Below, in pieces: positions 54,561 to 64,000 of a stretch of 64,000 bases of DNA. The stretch lies in the NCBI GenBank assembly GCA_964016885.1, contig OZ024741.1, positions 319,734,001-319,798,000 of the forward strand, written 5' to 3'. The translations under genes and the position numbers were made by a program. The first letter of the stretch is position 1. Each line of letters starts with the position of its first letter. The notes below the pieces were generated by a model that worked only from the letters and a program-made list of their open reading frames with translations, did no database searches and was not told the origin of the DNA. Source of the stretch: Eledone cirrhosa (taxonomy: Eukaryota).

Positions 54561-54725
54561 CATATATATATATATATATATATTAACTAGTTAAACAAGA
54601 TTCAATGAGTACATCGAAGAATGAGTTTTACAGTAGATTGGAAGCACTCTACATTAAAATATTTTCCAGAGTTATTAATATTAAAATACAAATATTAATA
54701 AGATAGATGTCAGGTATCATTTTAT

Positions 54726-54776
54726 TTTTATCTGACGAGGACGTACTGTTGTACTTCTGAAATATGTATAATAAAA
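54726..54776 (+). ncRNA. Minimal type I hammerhead
   Basis: UUUUAU-CUGACGA-GGACGUAC(UGUU)GUACUUCU-GAAA-UAUGUA-UA-AUAAAA. Confidence 0.85.
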
Positions 54777-54817
54777 TTTAATTGATCACATGAACATCTA
54801 TTTTATTAATATTTGTA

Positions 54818-54890
<73 letters not shown>

Positions 54891-55026
54891 GTGTATATAT
54901 GTGTGTGTCTGTGTATATATATATGTATATATGTGTATATGTATATATTTATATATATATGTATATATTTATATGTACATATATATATGTGTATATATAT
55001 ATATATATATATGTATATATTTATAA

Positions 55027-55087
<61 letters not shown>

Positions 55088-55089
55088 TC

Positions 55090-55120
<31 letters not shown>

Positions 55121-55183
55121 ATGTGTGTGTGTGTGTACATATAAGTAAAACTAGAAGCTTTTACAAATTTAACACATATTTTG

Positions 55184-55281
55184 TTTTAACCTACAAGCGT
55201 TTCAGTAATGAGAAGCAATATATATTTGATAATTTTGTTTAATTAATTACTTCCATTCATCACCTCATCAGAAATAATAAA
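55184..55281 (-). ncRNA. Hammerhead-like motif, decayed
   Basis: CUGAUGA-GGUGAUGA...UCAUUACU-GAAA-CGCUUG-UA; weak stem I. Confidence 0.55.
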
Positions 55282-55544
55282 GTTAATGTTAAACGAGTCG
55301 CTTAGAATGGAGAATAAATTTATAGGTATAAAATATAATTAAAAAGCACAGCGTAATCAATAATTGTTTCTACTTTTGGCACAAGGCCAGCAATTAACGC
55401 AGTGTATTACTGGTACTTCATTTTATCGACCCCGTAAGGATGAATGACAATGGCGTCCATTCATATATATAACGCTCATATATATATATATACATACATA
55501 TATATACAAACATATATATATATATATACATACATATATATACA

Positions 55545-56029
55545 GCTTCAGATCGGTGTGGAAGTCGGACCTTCGTAAAGACCTGAAAATCCGCCTCTTC
55601 ATTGCTGTAGTGGAGTCTGTGCTGCTGTATGGGTCTGAGACTTGGACACTGACCAAGAAACTTACTCAGATGGTGGATGGGTGCTACACGAGAATGCTGA
55701 CGTTGGCTCTGAACATTAATCAGTATACATTGAAGATGAAAAACTCAGAGCTGTATGGGAGCGTCCCAAAAGTCAGCTCAAAAGTGACACAGAGGAAACT
55801 GAGGTTAGCTGGACAAGCTCACCGACATACAGAGTTGACATTGTACTCAGTGCTCCTGTGGGAGCCCCTACATGGACACACTGGAAGAGGAAGACCAAGG
55901 TTAACGTATGTTGATGCCCTGAGGACAGACACTGGTCTGTTGGAGACGCAGGACATGGCAGCGATAATGAGGGACAGAGACCGCTGGAGAGAACTCATCC
56001 ATGGAACTCGGGAATTTTACCCGCCCTAG
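55545..56029 (+). pseudogene. RTE-like LINE C-terminal fragment
   Basis: [56 protein letters not shown]. Confidence 0.85.
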
Positions 56030-56036
56030 AAAATAT

Positions 56037-56152
<116 letters not shown>

Positions 56153-56228
56153 TATATATATATAAATATATATAAATATATATATATATATGTATGTATA
56201 TATATAAATGTATGTATACATATGTATG

Positions 56229-56260
<32 letters not shown>

Positions 56261-56318
56261 AATATATATAAATATATATATATATGTATGTATATATATA
56301 AATGTATGTATACATATG

Positions 56319-56423
<105 letters not shown>

Positions 56424-56589
56424 GTATATACATACATATATGTATACCATACCAGTGACGAAGGGTAACCTGGAAAGCAGGGCATGCAGTCCAATCGCCA
56501 TGGCGGAAAGTGGGTTTGTGCAGCATTACACCCCCCCCCCCCAATTTTCCTTCTAAATGACCCTCCCGGTCAAATCCGCATGTAGTGTT

Positions 56590-56970
56590 ATTTAGTGTGT
56601 GTGTGTGTTATCTTTTTATGCATCTACAATTTAGTAAGCAGCCAAAATTCTGCTTGCTTCAACCGACGCTGTCTTGTGTTTGTATGTATGTGTGTGTGTC
56701 TTATCTTTTTATGTGTCTAAGGTTTAGCAAGCAGCCAAAATTATGCTTGCTTCAACCGACCCTGTCGTGTGTTTGTGTGTATGTGTGTTTGTATGTATGT
56801 GTGTGTGTCTTATCTTTTTATGTGTCTAAGGTTTAGCAAGCAGCCAAAATTCTGCTTGCTTCAACCGACCCTGTCGTGTGTTTGTGTGTATGTGTTTGTG
56901 TGTGTGTTATCATTTTATGTGTCTACAATTTAGTAAGCAGTCAAAATTGTGCTTTCTTCAACCGACGCAA
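56590..56970. repeat. ~90-105-bp tandem repeat x4
   Basis: tttagcaagcagccaaaattctgcttgcttcaaccgac repeated with TG spacers. Confidence 0.85.
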
Positions 56971-57059
56971 TTGATCAACTCAAGATTCTATAACGTATGC
57001 ACTGCATGCACACACCCTTCGTCACTGATGTATACATATATGTATATATATATATACAT

Positions 57060-57148
<89 letters not shown>

Positions 57149-57149
57149 G

Positions 57150-57210
<61 letters not shown>

Positions 57211-57724
57211 GTATAGGATTATCCAAGATGTAGTGATGGTTAATTACTACACTGGATATGGTTGACGTACGGTAAGAGGTTACTCTACGAGTTATGTAAG
57301 AATTGTTCAAGAAACTTAGTTCCTGATCCTTCAGTATTCCGGAGTGTATATAAAGAATGAATAATAACAGGTAGATATCTTAATCAAAATGTTATGGTAG
57401 GGGTTTTATTAGTTACTTTTGGAGAGATGCGTAGATAGTTGAGGTCGGAATTATTTATTGCCCCAGAGGGCAGGTTCATAAATGTTGAGAGGGAGGTAGG
57501 TCAAAGGTGAGAGAGAGAGAGAGTGTAATGGATGTAGAGAGAGATATATAGGTAGAGAGGGGACAGATAAATATGTGTGGTGAGTGAACTTTTGGTTTTG
57601 TAGTAGTATTCTAGGAGTTGTACGGAGTTACCATGTATAGTGATAAGCAGTGTATTGTCTTGTAGTGTGGGGGGAAGAGAAGGTTGTTAGCTAGAAAGTG
57701 GTGTTGTAGTTACGGGTTCGAATG

Positions 57725-59445
57725 TTAAGTTATTTTATAGTGAGAGAATTTAGCTTTTAGTTTGTGGTTGCAGTATAATGATCGTTCAATTCTATCGTTA
57801 AGTAGTTTGTTTTTGGATTTTAGTATGTAAAATAGCTCAAGGTTACATAACCTGCAGTACTTCAAACCACTCCGATATGCATTTGCGCTGGAAAGTATAT
57901 CCCATTTTAAGGTGAACTGTTGGTTGTGTTCACGGAGTTGCCAGGTCTTGTTGGCGAGCGTGGTCACAAAACGGTGATTCTGATGTTTGATTGAGAATCG
58001 ATGACGGTACCAGCGAGATTTAAACGATGTGGTGGTAGATCCGATATAATACCATTTCTGGTCGTCCGATTCAACCGTGCATTGGTAAACAATGTTGGAC
58101 TTTAGGCATTCATTCTGCAATGGACATCTTTCAGGTAGATGGCAGTTACATGCTTTGTTGTGGGTAGCGGGTATACCATGGATAGGTTGTGATAGCGGTA
58201 CAGGTGGGTTGTGCAATACCCGTCTCCCATTTAGTGGTTGGGAGGCAGATATTGCGTTCTGCCCATCTGTTACTAAAATGTTTTGTTTTGTAGAGTTGTT
58301 TAATTGCCTTAAGTTAAGTTTTTTTATGTATGCTTCAAGGTTTGGTGCCGTGGAGTATGATAGTCTAATAGTTTTGGAGTTCAGAATTTTGCTGTACTTA
58401 TGGGAACTAGGGAAGTGTTTATTGATTAATTTAAAGAATGAAAGAGATAGTTTTGTACTAATCGAGGCATTAAAAATAGGATTATACCAGATATACTTTC
58501 TACAACGTGATTTATTTGGTGGTGATCTTCTATTATTAGTATGTCTGGTAGTACAGTGTGTGTGTGCTTGTGTTTTAGTCCCCCGGTTACGTATACCTTG
58601 ATTACGTGTAGAGCTATGCGTGTTGTGGAAATTACTATCGATGTATTCTATTGTATCCCGGTGGTCAGCATTCCTTAATGCATTATTGTAGTATTCAGCA
58701 TGTTCGCTAAAAATATCAGAGTTAGACGATAGGCGAGAGATTCTAAGAGAAATACTCCGGGGAACTGATTTGATCATGGAGAGTGGGTGGTTAGAGTTAA
58801 AGTCAATATACGTAAGGTTCTCATTTACCTTGTGGAAGGGTCGTATCTGTCCGGTATTTAAATTAAGAGTTACGTCCAGAAAGTTTACTACCTTAAGATT
58901 GTATTCGTATGTTATTTTTAGACCCAGTTCACTAAAAGATTTTCTAATATTTTTCCGTAGCCTTTCAAGATTTTGGTTATTCAAGTTATTAACTAATAAG
59001 AGCCCGTCATCTCTGTATATCCCCCCCCCCCCTGTAGATTACTAAATCCACTATGTAATATGTGGGCTATGTAAATTCCTACGAGATCCGTGACCTCCGC
59101 CGAGTCGTTGGAACCCATGGTAATATCGAAATATGTGGGTCTGTCCTTACGTTCCCAGTAGCAGTTATCGAACTTAATAATGGCTTTTCTAGCCTCGAGA
59201 ATAATGTTAATTTCGTCCTCCGTTAGGTCGGAATTGGCCTTAGCAAACGATAGGGCCTTACGTAAAGTGCTTGGTGAGATGGAAGAGTAGTATTCGTCTA
59301 TGTCAAATTGTATAAACTTAGATTTATTCTTATTCTTAACATTATTAAACCAGCGAATTGCTTCGCTAGTGTTGCCCCATAATTTAATTTCAATTTTCTT
59401 TTTCACTTGAGTTATTACTCTGTCAAGTATATGTTTACTAATTTA
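57725..59445 (-). pseudogene. Naiad-type PLE RT plus GIY-YIG, single frameshift at a homopolymer
   Basis: FIQFDIDEYYSSI, FDITMGSNDSAE..LVG, YRDDGL just after the C12 run, VNFLDVTL, SNHP, CNCHLPERCPL, IVY..YIGST..FKSRWYRH, CRLC..CNH. Confidence 0.92.
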
Positions 59446-59597
59446 AGGAAACAGTGGTCACAGCATTGGATATTCGAGTTCTGCAAACACTTGTGAATTT
59501 GCACGTAGCGGAACTAGGCTGCAGCACCACCGTGGAAACACTTGTAAGCACACGGAATAAACTACCTTTTTATGATGTCTACCTGTTATTATTCATT

Positions 59598-59676
<79 letters not shown>

Positions 59677-59680
59677 TATA

Positions 59681-59711
<31 letters not shown>

Positions 59712-59828
59712 GCATATATATATGTATATATATATATATATATGCATATATATATGTATATATGTATATATATATACATATATATATACATATATATATA
59801 TACATATATATATTTATATATATATACA

Positions 59829-59872
<44 letters not shown>

Positions 59873-59906
59873 CATATATGTATATATATATATATATATA
59901 TATACA

Positions 59907-59950
<44 letters not shown>

Positions 59951-59952
59951 CA

Positions 59953-59990
<38 letters not shown>

Positions 59991-59998
59991 CATATATG

Positions 59999-60034
<36 letters not shown>

Positions 60035-60036
60035 CA

Positions 60037-60086
<50 letters not shown>

Positions 60087-60088
60087 CA

Positions 60089-60160
<72 letters not shown>

Positions 60161-60228
60161 TATATATATACATATATACATATATAGAATTTAAAAAAAA
60201 ATGATTTAAATATTTACACGTTCATAAT

Positions 60229-60308
60229 GCTATTACCGGCGGTTTCGCTTTATAAAAGGCTAGAGATTCGGAGAATTTCTAACGGAAAAGTAAAGTTCAT
60301 CATATAGC
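60229..60308 (-). ncRNA. Type I hammerhead with C3A change
   Basis: GCUAU-AUGAUGA-ACUUUA...UAAAGC-GAAA-CCGCCGG-UA-AUAGC. Confidence 0.7.
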
Positions 60309-60462
60309 TATTTCCAAATGTTTAATGTTTGTTTGTTCTGCTCTTCTTAATTCTTATAGTTATGGTATCTCGAATTAGTACCATTGAACACCAATTATAT
60401 TATGGACACACTATATATATCTCTATGGGTACTTAGTACTCAGAGAGATATTTACCTCATTT

Positions 60463-61492
<1,030 letters not shown>

Positions 61493-61494
<2 letters not shown>

Positions 61495-62170
61495 AGCCAC
61501 GGCATCCCCAGCCCTCCTTTGGAAGGGTGTTGACAGCAGATGGATCTCCTCACCATAGGAGCCCGCTTCTTCCAAAGGAATTGGAAGAGTGCGCGCTCCA
61601 TTTTAGCGAGCGCTTCCCTTGGGCAAGGCACAACAGTCAAGCGGTAGTAGATAACGGACGCTATATAAGTGTTCGCCACCTCCGCCAGACCTTTCAGGGA
61701 CAGTTTGAACTCGGCCCACTTCTGGGTCAGTGCAAACACCCTGTTCGTTACCTCACCCCAGTTCTTCTCCACCTGGTGGTCTGGTCCGAACCAGACCCCG
61801 AGCAACTTCATCGGGCCTTCCGTCCAGCGCCCGACGACGCCATCGTGCCGAGTTGCAGACCGATCGACTTGTCCCGATTCAGCTTAGCCCCTGTAAACCT
61901 TTCGTACTCTTCCAGTAAAGTGCCGATCGCCCCGATTTCCGAGGCCGTCGACACCATTACTGTTACGTCATCGGCGTAGGCCGACACCGCGTTCCGCAAT
62001 CCCGGTTCCAACGGGATGCCCTGCAACAACTCCAACTTCCACAGCAGTGGCTCTAGAGTCATTACATACAGAAGGGAGGAGAGAGGGCACCCTTGTCGGA
62101 TGGACTGCGCGATTTCGAACGGCTCCGAGAGGTAGCCGTTCACCTTGACCCTAGAGCAGATGCGGCTGCT
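61493..62170 (-). pseudogene. Tx1/L1-clade RT internal fragment
   Basis: SIRQGCPLSSLLYVMTLEPL, AYADDVT, GAKLNRDKS, KLLGVWFG, LSLKG, FLWK, GGLGMP. Confidence 0.9.
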
Positions 62171-62688
62171 GTGCATGGCATATAGATAGATAGATACATG
62201 GATAGATGGAAGAAAGACAACGTAATTTAGTGGAGATATGGAGATATGTTTGATAGTGATTAAAGAAAATGTGAAAACTAATTGAAAGTCAACGTAAAAT
62301 GATATACGTCAAAGGCCAGAATCATATGCGAGAGATCAAGGGAAATTGGGGATTCAAGTAACTTTACGTATAGTGTTATAATGAAAGAATTTATAAATTA
62401 TATATATATACCGAAGCAGATACATCTTAATTATATGTCTTATTATTCTGGAGGTTCATCTGTGTACTAACAGAAACAGCAGACAAGAATCACACACATA
62501 TATATGTATATATATTAGTAATAGCACTAACAGTGTGATTCATAACAGAGTTTCCCATGAAGGCACACGCGATACGTTTATGTATAATAACCACGAAAGA
62601 GTCTCGATATAAATATCATTTTAACTGTGGTCTTATCACAGCTATATAAGTAGCGAGTGAAAAAGTTCTCTCTCTCTCTCTCTCCCCC

Positions 62689-62742
<54 letters not shown>

Positions 62743-62852
62743 ACACACACAGACACACACACACACATATATATATGTATATATATATATATTAAAACAT
62801 CTAATCTTTTGAAAATTAACTAATTCTGTACAAATCATGTTATATAAGGAAA

Positions 62853-63030
62853 TAATTGTTTCTACTTTTGGCACAAGGCCAGCAATTACCAAGTTCATTA
62901 CTGGTACTTTATTTATCGACCCGGTAAGGATGAAAGGAAAAGTTAACCTCAACGGGATTTGAACTCAGACCGTAAAGGGACGTAACTATGCTGGAAAATA
63001 TGGCGTCCGACCCTCTACAGATACTGCCAA
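62853..63030 (-). mobile_element. SINE
   Basis: Reverse-complement consensus. Confidence 0.85.
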
Positions 63031-63462
63031 ATCAAAGGAAATAATATTAGACATTTGAAGATGCACCTACCTAATACTTTTTATATATCGATACAAATTT
63101 ACACTACACAAAGAAAATAAATTAGTTCAAACAAAATAAATTATCTACATATATATATATTTTAATGAAGGTGGGTTTTCAGAAATGGTCATGATTATCT
63201 AATTAGTTTTTGTACTATCTGTTTTCGCTAAGAATAGCTTCTTACAGTTTCATTTAGATTTGTGCTGGTGTTGAATTTATTTTACACATTGCTGCATGTC
63301 GTGATGAATATATTTTCGACGTGTTGTTATTTCTCGCTTACATCTTTGCTGAGACAAGGTGAGCATCCTATTGTGTCTTCGTAGTCATTTATGACAAGAA
63401 TATAACACACGACAGGGGATGCATCTCTTGTTTGATTATGAATGTAATTAAATGTGTTAGAT

Positions 63463-63771
63463 CAGGCATGGGGAACCTTTTGTGAGAAGCGGGTCGCATG
63501 AGGTATGGCTCATCATCAGGTGGGCCGCAAGCGCTAATTCACATTCATGCCCACATTAAAAAAAGGGCGGTAACTCAGGTTGTTTTGATTTGTTTCTTCA
63601 GAATTCGTACACGTTGTTTTCCTCGATCATAAAAATCATAGAAAGATAAATTACGACTGAAAAGTTGGGATATGACTGAAAAGTTGGGATAAAAAAATCA
63701 GAAAGATTTCATTTGGGTGACTTAGGTGAGTCATTCAGAAAGCTTCGTGGGCCGCAGGTTGACACTGACTG
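63463..63771. mobile_element. hAT (Charlie-like) MITE, 309 bp
   Basis: Exact 8-bp TSD TGTTAGAT (63455-63462, 63772-63779); imperfect TIRs CAGGCATGGGGAACC / GGTTGACACTGACTG; subterminal GGGCCGCA. Confidence 0.85.
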
Positions 63772-64000
63772 TGTTAGATTGTGTACGGTGATTGTTCGGT
63801 TTGTATTTGGTTATAAAGTACATATCCTTTTTAATTCGTTGTTTTTCTAATGTTGAATAGCTACATTGATAGAATGGGAAAACATCGAAATTTGGCAAGT
63901 TCGTCCTCAGCTCCTCTCTTTATGTTGACTCAGAGGAATTGTTCTGCTTCACGTTTCCCCGATTTGTTGACTGTTTATTGTCATACTAAGACAACAATAA

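Noticed and set aside
56590-56970. Repeat-spacer pattern resembling CRISPR
   Set aside because: Spacers are homologous TG-rich sequence; eukaryotic context with no cas genes.
57295-57345. Hammerhead downstream of the third Naiad-type PLE (CUGAAGG...GAAC)
   Set aside because: Core has two substitutions and stems I and III pair poorly.

Overview
AT-rich eukaryotic genomic DNA made almost entirely of microsatellites ((TA)n, (CA)n, (AAT)n, (ACAT)n) and transposable elements. I found no host protein-coding gene. The repeat mix resembles what I recall of octopus/cephalopod genomes (inference). Main contents: (1) one intact 1141-aa R4/Dong-like non-LTR retrotransposon ORF (RT, CCHC, restriction-like endonuclease) with a decayed sister copy, both ending in (AAT)n; (2) three decayed Naiad-type Penelope-like elements (PLEs) and two other PLE GIY-YIG fragments; (3) about 20 type-I hammerhead ribozyme motifs read by eye, many in fold-back PLE pseudo-LTR relics embedded in (TA)n, including a tandem pair 700 nt apart and U3-A8 covariant cores; (4) more than 20 copies of a tRNA-derived SINE with evidence of ATT-site targeting; (5) two non-autonomous Helitrons possibly carrying a Rab-like fragment; (6) a 2A-like peptide plus PHD finger relic; (7) fragments of Tx1/L1, RTE, CRE and other LINEs; (8) a hAT MITE with an 8-bp TSD. 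Coordinates were counted by hand and boundaries are approximate.
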